The notes under the pieces: model-generated
What the model was told of the DNA's origin: nothing
Databases searched by the model: none
The model's input: the letters and a program-made list of their open reading frames with translations, nothing else
Shown here: positions 1 to 18,000 of the stretch, in pieces
Position numbering within the stretch: position 1 is the first letter of the stretch
Layout: each line of letters begins with the position of its first letter
Assembly (NCBI GenBank): GCA_964016885.1
Contig: OZ024752.1
Span: 19,282,001 to 19,346,000, forward strand
Direction of reading: 5' to 3'
DNA length: 64,000 bases
Origin: Eledone cirrhosa
Taxonomy: Eukaryota
Translations under genes and position numbers: made by a program

Positions 1-3000
1 AAAACTGAACCCCTTAACTACACAGCTATGCTATATGTATAAAACTGAACCCCTTAACCACACAGCTATGCTATATGTACATAACTGAACTCCTTAACCA
101 CACAGCTATGCTATATGTATAAAACTGAACCCCTTAACTACACAGCTATGCTATATGTATAAAACAGAACCCCTTAACCACACAGCTATGCTATATGTAT
201 AAAACTGAACCCCTTAACCACACAGCTATGCTATATGTATAAAACTGAACCCCTTAACCACACAGCTATGCTATATGTATGAAACTGAACCCCTTAGCCA
301 CACAGCTATGCTATATGTATAAAACTGAAACCCTTAACCACACAGCTATGCTATATGTATAAAACTGACCCCTTAACCACACAGCTATGCTATATGTATA
401 AAACTGAACCCCTTAACCACACAGCTATGCTATATGTATAAAACTGAACCCCTTAACCACACAGCTATGCTATATGTAGAAAACTGAACCCCTTAACCAC
501 ACAGCTATGCTATATGTAGAAAACTGAACCCCTTAACCACACAGCTATGCTATATGTATAAAACTGAACCCCTTAACCACACAGCTATGCTATATGTATA
601 AAACTGAACCCCTTAACCACACAGCTATGGTATATGTATAAAACTGAACCCCTTAACCACACAGCTATGCTATATGTATAAAACTGAACCCCTTAACCAC
701 ACAGCTATGCTATATGTATAAAACTGAACCCCTTAACCACACAGCTATGCTATATGTATAAAACTGAACCCCTTAACCACACAGCTATGCAATATGTATA
801 AAACTGAACCCCTTAACCACACAGCTATGCTATATGTATAAAACTGAACCCCTTAACCACACAGCTATGCTTTATGTATAAAACTGAACCCCTTAACCAC
901 ACAGCTATGCTATATGTATAAAACTGAACCCCTTAACCACACAGCTATGATATATGTATAAAACGGAATCCCTTAACCACACAGCTATGCTATATGTATA
1001 AAACTGAACCCCTGAACCACACAGCTATGCCATATGTACATAACTGAACCCCTTAACCACACAGCTATGCTATATGTACATAACTGAACCCCTTAACCAC
1101 ACAGCTATGCTATATGCATAAAACTGAACCCCTTAACCACACAGCTATGCTATATGTATGAAACTGAACCCCTTAACCACACAGCTATGCTATATGTATA
1201 AAACTGAACCCCTTAACCACACAGGTATGCTATATGTATAAAACTGACACCTTAACCACACAGCTATGCTATATGCATAAAACTGAACCCCTTAACCACA
1301 CAGCTATGCTATATGTATGAAACTGAACCCCTAAACCACACAGCTAAGCTATATGTATAAAACTGAACCCCTAAACCACACAGCTATGCTATATGTATAA
1401 AACTGAACCCCTTAACCACACAGCTATGCGATATGTATAAAATTGAACCCCTTAACCACACAGCTATGCTATATGTATATAACTGAACCCTTAACCACAC
1501 AGCTATGCTATATGTATATAACTGAACCCCTTAACCACACAGCTATGCTATATGCATAAAACTGAACCCCTTAACCACACAGCTATGCTATATGTATAAA
1601 ACTGAACCCCTTAGCCACACAGCTATGTATATGTATAAAACTGAACCCCTTAGCCACACAGCTATGTATATGTATAAAACTGAACCCCTTAACCACACAG
1701 CTATGCTATATGTATAAAACTAAACCCCTTAACCACACAGCTATGCTATATGTATAAAACTGAACCCCTTAACCACACAGCTATGCGATATGTATAAAAC
1801 TGAACCCCTTAACCACACAGCTATGCTATATGTATATAACTGAAACCCTTAACCACACGGCTATGCTATATGCATAAAACTGAACCCCTTAACCACACAG
1901 CTATGCTATATGTATACAACTGAACCCCTTAACCACACAGCTATGCTATATGTATGAAACTGAACCCCTTAACCACACAGCTATGCTATATGTATAAAAC
2001 TGAAACCCTTAACCACACAGCTATGCTATATGTATGAAACTGAACCCCTTAACCACACAGCTATGCTATATGTATAAAACTGAAACCCTTAACCACACAG
2101 CTATGCTATATGTATAAAACTGAACCCCTTAACCACACAGCTATGCTATATGTATAAAACTGAACCCCTTAACCACACAGCTATGCAATATGTATAAAAC
2201 TGAACCCCTTAACCACACAGCTATGCTATATGTATAAAACTGAACCCCTTAACCACACAGCTATGCTTTATGTATAAAACTGAACCCCTTAACCACACAG
2301 CTATGCTATATGTATAAAACTGAACCCCTTAACCACACAGCTATGATATATGTATAAAACGGAATCCCTTAACCACACAGCTATGCTATATGTATAAAAC
2401 TGAACCCCTGAACCACACAGCTATGCCATATGTACATAACTGAACCCCTTAACCACACAGCTATGCTATATGTACATAACTGAACCCCTTAACCACACAG
2501 CTATGCTATATGCATAAAACTGAACCCCTTAACCACACAGCTATGCTATATGTATGAAACTGAACCCCTTAACCACACAGCTATGCTATATGTATAAAAC
2601 TGAACCCCTTAACCACACAGGTATGCTATATGTATAAAACTGACACCTTAACCACACAGCTATGCTATATGCATAAAACTGAACCCCTTAACCACACAGC
2701 TATGCTATATGTATGAAACTGAACCCCTAAACCACACAGCTAAGCTATATGTATAAAACTGAACCCCTAAACCACACAGCTATGCTATATGTATAAAACT
2801 GAACCCCTTAACCACACAGCTATGCGATATGTATAAAATTGAACCCCTTAACCACACAGCTATGCTATATGTATATAACTGAACCCTTAACCACACAGCT
2901 ATGCTATATGTATATAACTGAACCCCTTAACCACACAGCTATGCTATATGCATAAAACTGAACCCCTTAACCACACAGCTATGCTATATGTATAAAACTG

Positions 3001-6000
3001 AACCCCTTAGCCACACAGCTATGTATATGTATAAAACTGAACCCCTTAGCCACACAGCTATGTATATGTATAAAACTGAACCCCTTAACCACACAGCTAT
3101 GCTATATGTATAAAACTAAACCCCTTAACCACACAGCTATGCTATATGTATAAAACTGAACCCCTTAACCACACAGCTATGCGATATGTATAAAACTGAA
3201 CCCCTTAACCACACAGCTATGCTATATGTATATAACTGAAACCCTTAACCACACGGCTATGCTATATGCATAAAACTGAACCCCTTAACCACACAGCTAT
3301 GCTATATGTATACAACTGAACCCCTTAACCACACAGCTATGCTATATGTATGAAACTGAACCCCTTAACCACACAGCTATGCTATATGTATAAAACTGAA
3401 ACCCTTAACCACACAGCTATGCTATATGTATGAAACTGAACCCCTTAACCACACAGCTATGCTATATGTATAAAACTGAAACCCTTAACCACACAGCTAT
3501 GCTATATGTATAAAACTGACCCCTTAACCACACAGCTATGCTATATGTATAAAACTGAAACCCTTAACCACACAGCTATGCTATATGTATAAAACTGAAC
3601 TCCTTAACCACACAGCTATGCTATATGTATAAAACTGAACCCCTTAACCACACAGCTATGCTATATGTAGAAAACTGAACCCCTTAACCACACAGCTATG
3701 CTATATGTATAAAACTGAACCCCTTAACCACACAGCTATGCTATATGTAGAAAACTGAACCCCTTAACCACACAGCTATGCTATATGTATAAAACTGAAC
3801 CCCTTAACCACACAGCTATGCTATATGTATAAAACTGAACTCCTTAACCACACAGCTATGCAATATGTATAAAACTGAAACCCTTAACCACACAGCTATG
3901 CAATATGTATAAAACTGAACCCCTTAACCACACAGATATGCTATATGTATAAAACTGAACCCCTTAACCACACAGCTATGCTATATGTATAAAACTGAAC
4001 CCCTTAACCACACAGCTATGCTATATGTATAAAACTGAACCCCTTAACCACACAGCTATGCTATATGTATAAAACGGAAACCCTTAACCACACAGCTATG
4101 CTATATGTATAAAACTGAACCCCTGAACCACACAGCTATGCTATATGTAGAAAACTGAACCCCTTAACCACACAGCTATGCTATATGTATAAAACTGAAC
4201 CCCTAAACCACACAGCTATGCTATATGTATAAAACTGAACCCCTTAACCACACAGCTATGCGATATGTATAAAACTGAACCCCTTAACCACACAGCTATG
4301 CTATATGTATATAACTGAACCCTTAACCACACAGCTATGCTATATGCATAAAACTGAACCCCTTAACCACACAGCTATGCTATATGTATAAAACGGAAAC
4401 CCTTAACCACACAGCTATGCTATATGTATAAAACTGAACCCCTGAACCACACAGCTATGCTATATGTAGAAAACTGAACCCCTTAACCACACAGCTATGC
4501 TATATGTATAAAACTGAACCCCTAAACCACACAGCTATGCTATATGTATAAAACTGAACCCCTTAACCACACAGCTATGCGATATGTATAAAACTGAACC
4601 CCTTAACCACACAGCTATGCTATATGTATATAACTGAACCCTTAACCACACAGCTATGCTATATGCATAAAACTGAACCCCTTAACCACACAGCTATGCT
4701 ATATGTATAAAACTGAACCCCTTAGCCACACAGCTATGTATATGTATAAAACTGAACCCCTTAGCCACACAGCTATGTATATGTATAAAACTGAACCCCT
4801 TAACCACACAGCTATGCTATATCTATAAAACTAAACCCCTTAACCACACAGCTATGCTATATGTATAAAACTGAACCCCTTAACCACACAGCTATGCTAT
4901 ATGTATAAAACTGAACTCCTTAACCACACAGCTATGCTATATGTATAAAACTGAACCCCTTAACCACACAGCTATGCTATATGTAGAAAACTGAACCCCT
5001 TAACCACACAGCTATGCTATATGTATAAAACTGAACCCCTTAACCACACAGCTATGCTATATGTAGAAAACTGAACCCCTTAACCACACAGCTATGCTAT
5101 ATGTATAAAACTGAACCCCTTAACCACACAGCTATGCTATATGTATAAAACTGAACTCCTTAACCACACAGCTATGCAATATGTATAAAACTGAAACCCT
5201 TAACCACACAGCTATGCTATATGTATAAAACTGAACCCCTTAACCACACAGATATGCTATATGTATAAAACTGAACCCCTTAACCACACAGCTATGCTAT
5301 ATGTATAAAACTGAACCCCTTAACCACACAGCTATGCTATATGTATAAAACTGAACCCCTTAACCACACAGCTATGCTATATGTATAAAACGGAAACCCT
5401 TAACCACACAGCTATGCTATATGTATAAAACTGAACCCCTGAACCACACAGCTATGCTATATGTAGAAAACTGAACCCCTTAACCACACAGCTATGCTAT
5501 ATGTATAAAACTGAACCCCTAAACCACACAGCTATGCTATATGTATAAAACTGAACCCCTTAACCACACAGCTATGCGATATGTATAAAACTGAACCCCT
5601 TAACCACACAGCTATGCTATATGTATATAACTGAACCCTTAACCACACAGCTATGCTATATGCATAAAACTGAACCCCTTAACCACACAGCTATGCTATA
5701 TGTATAAAACGGAAACCCTTAACCACACAGCTATGCTATATGTATAAAACTGAACCCCTGAACCACACAGCTATGCTATATGTAGAAAACTGAACCCCTT
5801 AACCACACAGCTATGCTATATGTATAAAACTGAACCCCTAAACCACACAGCTATGCTATATGTATAAAACTGAACCCCTTAACCACACAGCTATGCGATA
5901 TGTATAAAACTGAACCCCTTAACCACACAGCTATGCTATATGTATATAACTGAACCCTTAACCACACAGCTATGCTATATGCATAAAACTGAACCCCTTA

Positions 6001-9000
6001 ACCACACAGCTATGCTATATGTATAAAACTGAACCCCTTAGCCACACAGCTATGTATATGTATAAAACTGAACCCCTTAGCCACACAGCTATGTATATGT
6101 ATAAAACTGAACCCCTTAACCACACAGCTATGCTATATCTATAAAACTAAACCCCTTAACCACACAGCTATGCTATATGTATAAAACTGAACCCCTTAAC
6201 CACACAGCTATGCGATATGTATAAAACTGAACCCCTTAACCACACAGCTATGCTATATGTATATAACTGAAACCCTTAACCACACAGCTATGCTATATGC
6301 ATAAAACTGAACCCCTTAACCACACAGCTATGCTATATGCATAAAACTGAACCCCTTAACCACACAGCTATGCTATATGTATAAAACTGAACCCCTTAAC
6401 CACACAGGTATGCTATATGTATAAAACTGACACCTTAACCACACAGCTATGCTATATGTATAAAACAGAACCCCTTAACCACACAGCTATGCTATATGTA
6501 TAAAACTGAACCCCTTAACCACACAGCTATGCTATATATATAAAACTGAACCCCTTAACCACACAGCTATGCTATATGTATGAAACTGAACCCCTTAACC
6601 ACACAGCTATGCTATATGTATAAAACTGAAACCCTTAACCACACAGCTATGCTATATGTATGAAACTGAACCCATTAACCACACAGCTATGCTATATGTA
6701 TAAAACTGAAACCCTTAACCACACAGCTATGCTATATGTATAAAACTGAACCCCTTAGCCACACAGCTATGTATATGTATAAAACTGAACCCCTTAGCCA
6801 CACAGCTATGTATATGTATAAAACTGAACCCCTTAACCACACAGCTATGCTATATGTATAAAACTAAACCCCTTAACCACACAGCTATGCTATATGTATA
6901 AAACTGAACCCCTTAACCACACAGCTATGCGATATGTATAAAACTGAACCCCTTAACCACACAGCTATGCTATATGTATATAACTGAAACCCTTAACCAC
7001 ACGGCTATGCTATATGCATAAAACTGAACCCCTTAACCACACAGCTATGCTATATGTATACAACTGAACCCCTTAACCACACAGCTATGCTATATGTATG
7101 AAACTGAACCCCTTAACCACACAGCTATGCTATATGTATAAAACTGAAACCCTTAACCACACAGCTATGCTATATGTATGAAACTGAACCCCTTAACCAC
7201 ACAGCTATGCTATATGTATAAAACTGAAACCCTTAACCACACAGCTATGCTATATGTATAAAACTGAACCCCTTAACCACACAGCTATGCTATATGTATA
7301 AAACTGAACCCCTTAACCACACAGCTATGCAATATGTATAAAACTGAACCCCTTAACCACACAGCTATGCTATATGTATAAAACTGAACCCCTTAACCAC
7401 ACAGCTATGCTTTATGTATAAAACTGAACCCCTTAACCACACAGCTATGCTATATGTATAAAACTGAACCCCTTAACCACACAGCTATGATATATGTATA
7501 AAACGGAATCCCTTAACCACACAGCTATGCTATATGTATAAAACTGAACCCCTGAACCACACAGCTATGCCATATGTACATAACTGAACCCCTTAACCAC
7601 ACAGCTATGCTATATGTACATAACTGAACCCCTTAACCACACAGCTATGCTATATGCATAAAACTGAACCCCTTAACCACACAGCTATGCTATATGTATG
7701 AAACTGAACCCCTTAACCACACAGCTATGCTATATGTATAAAACTGAACCCCTTAACCACACAGGTATGCTATATGTATAAAACTGACACCTTAACCACA
7801 CAGCTATGCTATATGCATAAAACTGAACCCCTTAACCACACAGCTATGCTATATGTATGAAACTGAACCCCTAAACCACACAGCTAAGCTATATGTATAA
7901 AACTGAACCCCTAAACCACACAGCTATGCTATATGTATAAAACTGAACCCCTTAACCACACAGCTATGCGATATGTATAAAATTGAACCCCTTAACCACA
8001 CAGCTATGCTATATGTATATAACTGAACCCTTAACCACACAGCTATGCTATATGTATATAACTGAACCCCTTAACCACACAGCTATGCTATATGCATAAA
8101 ACTGAACCCCTTAACCACACAGCTATGCTATATGTATAAAACTGAACCCCTTAGCCACACAGCTATGTATATGTATAAAACTGAACCCCTTAGCCACACA
8201 GCTATGTATATGTATAAAACTGAACCCCTTAACCACACAGCTATGCTATATGTATAAAACTAAACCCCTTAACCACACAGCTATGCTATATGTATAAAAC
8301 TGAACCCCTTAACCACACAGCTATGCGATATGTATAAAACTGAACCCCTTAACCACACAGCTATGCTATATGTATATAACTGAAACCCTTAACCACACGG
8401 CTATGCTATATGCATAAAACTGAACCCCTTAACCACACAGCTATGCTATATGTATACAACTGAACCCCTTAACCACACAGCTATGCTATATGTATGAAAC
8501 TGAACCCCTTAACCACACAGCTATGCTATATGTATAAAACTGAAACCCTTAACCACACAGCTATGCTATATGTATGAAACTGAACCCCTTAACCACACAG
8601 CTATGCTATATGTATAAAACTGAAACCCTTAACCACACAGCTATGCTATATGTATAAAACTGACCCCTTAACCACACAGCTATGCTATATGTATAAAACT
8701 GAAACCCTTAACCACACAGCTATGCTATATGTATAAAACTGAACTCCTTAACCACACAGCTATGCTATATGTATAAAACTGAACCCCTTAACCACACAGC
8801 TATGCTATATGTAGAAAACTGAACCCCTTAACCACACAGCTATGCTATATGTATAAAACTGAACCCCTTAACCACACAGCTATGCTATATGTAGAAAACT
8901 GAACCCCTTAACCACACAGCTATGCTATATGTATAAAACTGAACCCCTTAACCACACAGCTATGCTATATGTATAAAACTGAACTCCTTAACCACACAGC

Positions 9001-12000
9001 TATGCAATATGTATAAAACTGAAACCCTTAACCACACAGCTATGCAATATGTATAAAACTGAACCCCTTAACCACACAGATATGCTATATGTATAAAACT
9101 GAACCCCTTAACCACACAGCTATGCTATATGTATAAAACTGAACCCCTTAACCACACAGCTATGCTATATGTATAAAACTGAACCCCTTAACCACACAGC
9201 TATGCTATATGTATAAAACGGAAACCCTTAACCACACAGCTATGCTATATGTATAAAACTGAACCCCTGAACCACACAGCTATGCTATATGTAGAAAACT
9301 GAACCCCTTAACCACACAGCTATGCTATATGTATAAAACTGAACCCCTAAACCACACAGCTATGCTATATGTATAAAACTGAACCCCTTAACCACACAGC
9401 TATGCGATATGTATAAAACTGAACCCCTTAACCACACAGCTATGCTATATGTATATAACTGAACCCTTAACCACACAGCTATGCTATATGCATAAAACTG
9501 AACCCCTTAACCACACAGCTATGCTATATGTATAAAACGGAAACCCTTAACCACACAGCTATGCTATATGTATAAAACTGAACCCCTGAACCACACAGCT
9601 ATGCTATATGTAGAAAACTGAACCCCTTAACCACACAGCTATGCTATATGTATAAAACTGAACCCCTAAACCACACAGCTATGCTATATGTATAAAACTG
9701 AACCCCTTAACCACACAGCTATGCGATATGTATAAAACTGAACCCCTTAACCACACAGCTATGCTATATGTATATAACTGAACCCTTAACCACACAGCTA
9801 TGCTATATGCATAAAACTGAACCCCTTAACCACACAGCTATGCTATATGTATAAAACTGAACCCCTTAGCCACACAGCTATGTATATGTATAAAACTGAA
9901 CCCCTTAGCCACACAGCTATGTATATGTATAAAACTGAACCCCTTAACCACACAGCTATGCTATATCTATAAAACTAAACCCCTTAACCACACAGCTATG
10001 CTATATGTATAAAACTGAACCCCTTAACCACACAGCTATGCTATATGTATAAAACTGAACTCCTTAACCACACAGCTATGCTATATGTATAAAACTGAAC
10101 CCCTTAACCACACAGCTATGCTATATGTAGAAAACTGAACCCCTTAACCACACAGCTATGCTATATGTATAAAACTGAACCCCTTAACCACACAGCTATG
10201 CTATATGTAGAAAACTGAACCCCTTAACCACACAGCTATGCTATATGTATAAAACTGAACCCCTTAACCACACAGCTATGCTATATGTATAAAACTGAAC
10301 TCCTTAACCACACAGCTATGCAATATGTATAAAACTGAAACCCTTAACCACACAGCTATGCTATATGTATAAAACTGAACCCCTTAACCACACAGATATG
10401 CTATATGTATAAAACTGAACCCCTTAACCACACAGCTATGCTATATGTATAAAACTGAACCCCTTAACCACACAGCTATGCTATATGTATAAAACTGAAC
10501 CCCTTAACCACACAGCTATGCTATATGTATAAAACGGAAACCCTTAACCACACAGCTATGCTATATGTATAAAACTGAACCCCTGAACCACACAGCTATG
10601 CTATATGTAGAAAACTGAACCCCTTAACCACACAGCTATGCTATATGTATAAAACTGAACCCCTAAACCACACAGCTATGCTATATGTATAAAACTGAAC
10701 CCCTTAACCACACAGCTATGCGATATGTATAAAACTGAACCCCTTAACCACACAGCTATGCTATATGTATATAACTGAACCCTTAACCACACAGCTATGC
10801 TATATGCATAAAACTGAACCCCTTAACCACACAGCTATGCTATATGTATAAAACGGAAACCCTTAACCACACAGCTATGCTATATGTATAAAACTGAACC
10901 CCTGAACCACACAGCTATGCTATATGTAGAAAACTGAACCCCTTAACCACACAGCTATGCTATATGTATAAAACTGAACCCCTAAACCACACAGCTATGC
11001 TATATGTATAAAACTGAACCCCTTAACCACACAGCTATGCGATATGTATAAAACTGAACCCCTTAACCACACAGCTATGCTATATGTATATAACTGAACC
11101 CTTAACCACACAGCTATGCTATATGCATAAAACTGAACCCCTTAACCACACAGCTATGCTATATGTATAAAACTGAACCCCTTAGCCACACAGCTATGTA
11201 TATGTATAAAACTGAACCCCTTAGCCACACAGCTATGTATATGTATAAAACTGAACCCCTTAACCACACAGCTATGCTATATCTATAAAACTAAACCCCT
11301 TAACCACACAGCTATGCTATATGTATAAAACTGAACCCCTTAACCACACAGCTATGCGATATGTATAAAACTGAACCCCTTAACCACACAGCTATGCTAT
11401 ATGTATATAACTGAAACCCTTAACCACACAGCTATGCTATATGCATAAAACTGAACCCCTTAACCACACAGCTATGCTATATGCATAAAACTGAACCCCT
11501 TAACCACACAGCTATGCTATATGTATAAAACTGAACCCCTTAACCACACAGGTATGCTATATGTATAAAACTGACACCTTAACCACACAGCTATGCTATA
11601 TGTATAAAACAGAACCCCTTAACCACACAGCTATGCTATATGTATAAAACTGAACCCCTTAACCACACAGCTATGCTATATATATAAAACTGAACCCCTT
11701 AACCACACAGCTATGCTATATGTATGAAACTGAACCCCTTAACCACACAGCTATGCTATATGTATAAAACTGAAACCCTTAACCACACAGCTATGCTATA
11801 TGTATGAAACTGAACCCATTAACCACACAGCTATGCTATATGTATAAAACTGAAACCCTTAACCACACAGCTATGCTATATGTATAAAACTGAACCCCTT
11901 AACCACACAGCTATGCTATATGTATAAAACTGAACCCCTTAACCACACAGCTATGCTATATGTATAAAACTGAACCCCTTAACCACACCAGATATGCTAT

Positions 12001-15000
12001 ATGTATAAAACTGACCCCTTCACCACACAGCTATGCTATATGTATAAAACTGATCCCTTAACCACACAGCTATGCTATATGTATAAAACTGAAACCCTTA
12101 ACCACACAGCTATGCTATATGTATAAAACTGAACCCCTTAACCACACAGCTATGCTATATGTATAAAACTGACACCTTAACCACACAGGTATGCTATATG
12201 TATAAAACTGAAACCCTTAACCACACAGCTATGCTATATGTATAAAACTGACACCTTAACCACACAGGTATGCTATATGTATAAAACTGAAACCCTTAAC
12301 CACACAGCTATGCTATATGTATAAAACTGAACCCCTTAACCACACAGCTATGCTATATGTATAAAACTGACACCTTAACCACACAGCTATGCTATATGTA
12401 TAAAACTGAAACCCTTAACCACACAGCTATGCTATATGTATAAAGCTGAAACCCTTAACCACACAGCTATGCTATATGTATAAAACTGAACCCCTTAACC
12501 ACACAGCTATGCGATATGTATAAAATTGAACCCCTTAACCACACAGCTATGCTATATGTATATAACTGAACCCTTAACCACACAGCTATGCTATATGTAT
12601 ATAACTGAACCCCTTAACCACACAGCTATGCTATATGCATAAAACTGAACCCCTTAACCACACAGCTATGCTATATGTATAAAACTGAACCCCTTAGCCA
12701 CACAGCTATGTATATGTATAAAACTGAACCCCTTAGCCACACAGCTATGTATATGTATAAAACTGAACCCCTTAACCACACAGCTATGCTATATGTATAA
12801 AACTAAACCCCTTAACCACACAGCTATGCTATATGTATAAAACTGAACCCCTTAACCACACAGCTATGCGATATGTATAAAACTGAACCCCTTAACCACA
12901 CAGCTATGCTATATGTATATAACTGAAACCCTTAACCACACGGCTATGCTATATGCATAAAACTGAACCCCTTAACCACACAGCTATGCTATATGTATAC
13001 AACTGAACCCCTTAACCACACAGCTATGCTATATGTATGAAACTGAACCCCTTAACCACACAGCTATGCTATATGTATAAAACTGAAACCCTTAACCACA
13101 CAGCTATGCTATATGTATGAAACTGAACCCCTTAACCACACAGCTATGCTATATGTATAAAACTGAAACCCTTAACCACACAGCTATGCTATATGTATAA
13201 AACTGACCCCTTAACCACACAGCTATGCTATATGTATAAAACTGAAACCCTTAACCACACAGCTATGCTATATGTATAAAACTGAACTCCTTAACCACAC
13301 AGCTATGCTATATGTATAAAACTGAACCCCTTAACCACACAGCTATGCTATATGTAGAAAACTGAACCCCTTAACCACACAGCTATGCTATATGTAGAAA
13401 ACTGAACCCCTTAACCACACAGCTATGCTATATGTAGAAAACTGAACCCCTTAACCACACAGCTATGCTATATGTATAAAACTGAACCCCTAAACCACAC
13501 AGCTATGCTATATGTATAAAACTGAACCCCTTAACCACACAGCTATGCGATATGTATAAAACTGAACCCCTTAACCACACAGCTATGCTATATGTATATA
13601 ACTGAACCCTTAACCACACAGCTATGCTATATGCATAAAACTGAACCCCTTAACCACACAGCTATGCTATATGTATAAAACGGAAACCCTTAACCACACA
13701 GCTATGCTATATGTATAAAACTGAACCCCTGAACCACACAGCTATGCTATATGTATATAACTGAAACCCTTAACCACACGGCTATGCTATATGCATAAAA
13801 CTGAACCCCTTAACCACACAGCTATGCTATATGTATACAACTGAACCCCTTAACCACACAGCTATGCTATATGTATGAAACTGAACCCCTTAACCACACA
13901 GCTATGCTATATGTATAAAACTGAAACCCTTAACCACACAGCTATGCTATATGTATGAAACTGAACCCCTTAACCACACAGCTATGCTATATGTATAAAA
14001 CTGAAACCCTTAACCACACAGCTATGCTATATGTATAAAACTGACCCCTTAACCACACAGCTATGCTATATGTATAAAACTGAAACCCTTAACCACACAG
14101 CTATGCTATATGTATAAAACTGAACTCCTTAACCACACAGCTATGCTATATGTATAAAACTGAACCCCTTAACCACACAGCGATGCTATATGTAGAAAAC
14201 TGAACCCCTTAACCACACAGCTATGCTATATGTATAAAACTGAACCCCTTAACCACACAGCTATGCTATATGTAGAAAACTGAACCCCTTAACCACACAG
14301 CTATGCTATATGTATAAAACTGAACCCCTTAACCACACAGCTATGCTATATGTATAAAACTGAACTCCTTAACCACACAGCTATGCAATATGTATAAAAC
14401 TGAAACCCTTAACCACACAGCTATGCTATATGTATAAAACTGAACCCCTTAACCACACAGATATGCTATATGTATAAAACTGAACCCCTTAACCACACAG
14501 CTATGCTATATGTATAAAACTGAACCCCTTAACCACACAGCTATGCTATATGTATAAAACTGAACCCCTTAACCACACAGCTATGCTATATGTATAAAAC
14601 GGAAACCCTTAACCACACAGCTATGCTATATGTATAAAACTGAACCCCTGAACCACACAGCTATGCTATATGTAGAAAACTGAACCCCTTAACCACACAG
14701 CTATGCTATATGTATAAAACTGAACCCCTAAACCACACAGCTATGCTATATGTATAAAACTGAACCCCTTAACCACACAGCTATGCGATATGTATAAAAC
14801 TGAACCCCTTAACCACACAGCTATGCTATATGTATATAACTGAACCCTTAACCACACAGCTATGCTATATGCATAAAACTGAACCCCTTAACCACACAGC
14901 TATGCTATATGTATAAAACGGAAACCCTTAACCACACAGCTATGCTATATGTATAAAACTGAACCCCTGAACCACACAGCTATGCTATATGTAGAAAACT

Positions 15001-18000
15001 GAACCCCTTAACCACACAGCTATGCTATATGTATAAAACTGAACCCCTAAACCACACAGCTATGCTATATGTATAAAACTGAACCCCTTAACCACACAGC
15101 TATGCGATATGTATAAAACTGAACCCCTTAACCACACAGCTATGCTATATGTATATAACTGAACCCTTAACCACACAGCTATGCTATATGCATAAAACTG
15201 AACCCCTTAACCACACAGCTATGCTATATGTATAAAACTGAACCCCTTAGCCACACAGCTATGTATATGTATAAAACTGAACCCCTTAGCCACACAGCTA
15301 TGTATATGTATAAAACTGAACCCCTTAACCACACAGCTATGCTATATCTATAAAACTAAACCCCTTAACCACACAGCTATGCTATATGTATAAAACTGAA
15401 CCCCTTAACCACACAGCTATGCTATATGTATAAAACTAAACTCCTTAACCACACAGCTATGCTATATGTATAAAACTGAACCCCTTAACCACACAGCTAT
15501 GCTATATGTAGAAAACTGAACCCCTTAACCACACAGCTATGCTATATGTATAAAACTGAACCCCTTAACCACACAGCTATGCTATATGTAGAAAACTGAA
15601 CCCCTTAACCACACAGCTATGCTATATGTATAAAACTGAACCCCTTAACCACACAGCTATGCTATATGTATAAAACTGAACTCCTTAACCACACAGCTAT
15701 GCAATATGTATAAAACTGAAACCCTTAACCACACAGCTATGCTATATGTATAAAACTGAACCCCTTAACCACACAGATATGCTATATGTATAAAACTGAA
15801 CCCCTTAACCACACAGCTATGCTATATGTATAAAACTGAACCCCTTAACCACACAGCTATGCTATATGTATAAAACTGAACCCCTTAACCACACAGCTAT
15901 GCTATATGTATAAAACGGAAACCCTTAACCACACAGCTATGCTATATGTATAAAACTGAACCCCTGAACCACACAGCTATGCTATATGTAGAAAACTGAA
16001 CCCCTTAACCACACAGCTATGCTATATGTATAAAACTGAACCCCTAAACCACACAGCTATGCTATATGTATAAAACTGAACCCCTTAACCACACAGCTAT
16101 GCGATATGTATAAAACTGAACCCCTTAACCACACAGCTATGCTATATGTATATAACTGAACCCTTAACCACACAGCTATGCTATATGCATAAAACTGAAC
16201 CCCTTAACCACACAGCTATGCTATATGTATAAAACGGAAACCCTTAACCACACAGCTATGCTATATGTATAAAACTGAACCCCTGAACCACACAGCTATG
16301 CTATATGTAGAAAACTGAACCCCTTAACCACACAGCTATGCTATATGTATAAAACTGAACCCCTAAACCACACAGCTATGCTATATGTATAAAACTGAAC
16401 CCCTTAACCACACAGCTATGCGATATGTATAAAACTGAACCCCTTAACCACACAGCTATGCTATATGTATATAACTGAACCCTTAACCACACAGCTATGC
16501 TATATGCATAAAACTGAACCCCTTAACCACACAGCTATGCTATATGTATAAAACTGAACCCCTTAGCCACACAGCTATGTATATGTATAAAACTGAACCC
16601 CTTAGCCACACAGCTATGTATATGTATAAAACTGAACCCCTTAACCACACAGCTATGCTATATCTATAAAACTAAACCCCTTAACCACACAGCTATGCTA
16701 TATGTATAAAACTGAACCCCTTAACCACACAGCTATGCGATATGTATAAAACTGAACCCCTTAACCACACAGCTATGCTATATGTATATAACTGAAACCC
16801 TTAACCACACAGCTATGCTATATGCATAAAACTGAACCCCTTAACCACACAGCTATGCTATATGCATAAAACTGAACCCCTTAACCACACAGCTATGCTA
16901 TATGTATAAAACTGAACCCCTTAACCACACAGGTATGCTATATGTATAAAACTGACACCTTAACCACACAGCTATGCTATATGTATAAAACAGAACCCCT
17001 TAACCACACAGCTATGCTATATGTATAAAACTGAACCCCTTAACCACACAGCTATGCTATATATATAAAACTGAACCCCTTAACCACACAGCTATGCTAT
17101 ATGTATGAAACTGAACCCCTTAACCACACAGCTATGCTATATGTATAAAACTGAAACCCTTAACCACACAGCTATGCTATATGTATGAAACTGAACCCAT
17201 TAACCACACAGCTATGCTATATGTATAAAACTGAAACCCTTAACCACACAGCTATGCTATATGTATAAAACTGAACCCCTTAACCACACAGCTATGCTAT
17301 ATGTATAAAACTGAACCCCTTAACCACACAGCTATGCTATATGTATAAAACTGAACCCCTTAACCACACCAGATATGCTATATGTATAAAACTGACCCCT
17401 TCACCACACAGCTATGCTATATGTATAAAACTGATCCCTTAACCACACAGCTATGCTATATGTATAAAACTGAAACCCTTAACCACACAGCTATGCTATA
17501 TGTATAAAACTGAACCCCTTAACCACACAGCTATGCTATATGTATAAAACTGACACCTTAACCACACAGGTATGCTATATGTATAAAACTGAAACCCTTA
17601 ACCACACAGCTATGCTATATGTATAAAACTGACACCTTAACCACACAGGTATGCTATATGTATAAAACTGAAACCCTTAACCACACAGCTATGCTATATG
17701 TATAAAACTGAACCCCTTAACCACACAGCTATGCTATATGTATAAAACTGACACCTTAACCACACAGCTATGCTATATGTATAAAACTGAAACCCTTAAC
17801 CACACAGCTATGCTATATGTATAAAGCTGAAACCCTTAACCACACAGCTATGCTATATGTATAAAACTGAACCCCTTAACCACACAGCTATGCGATATGT
17901 ATAAAATTGAACCCCTTAACCACACAGCTATGCTATATGTATATAACTGAACCCTTAACCACACAGCTATGCTATATGTATATAACTGAACCCCTTAACC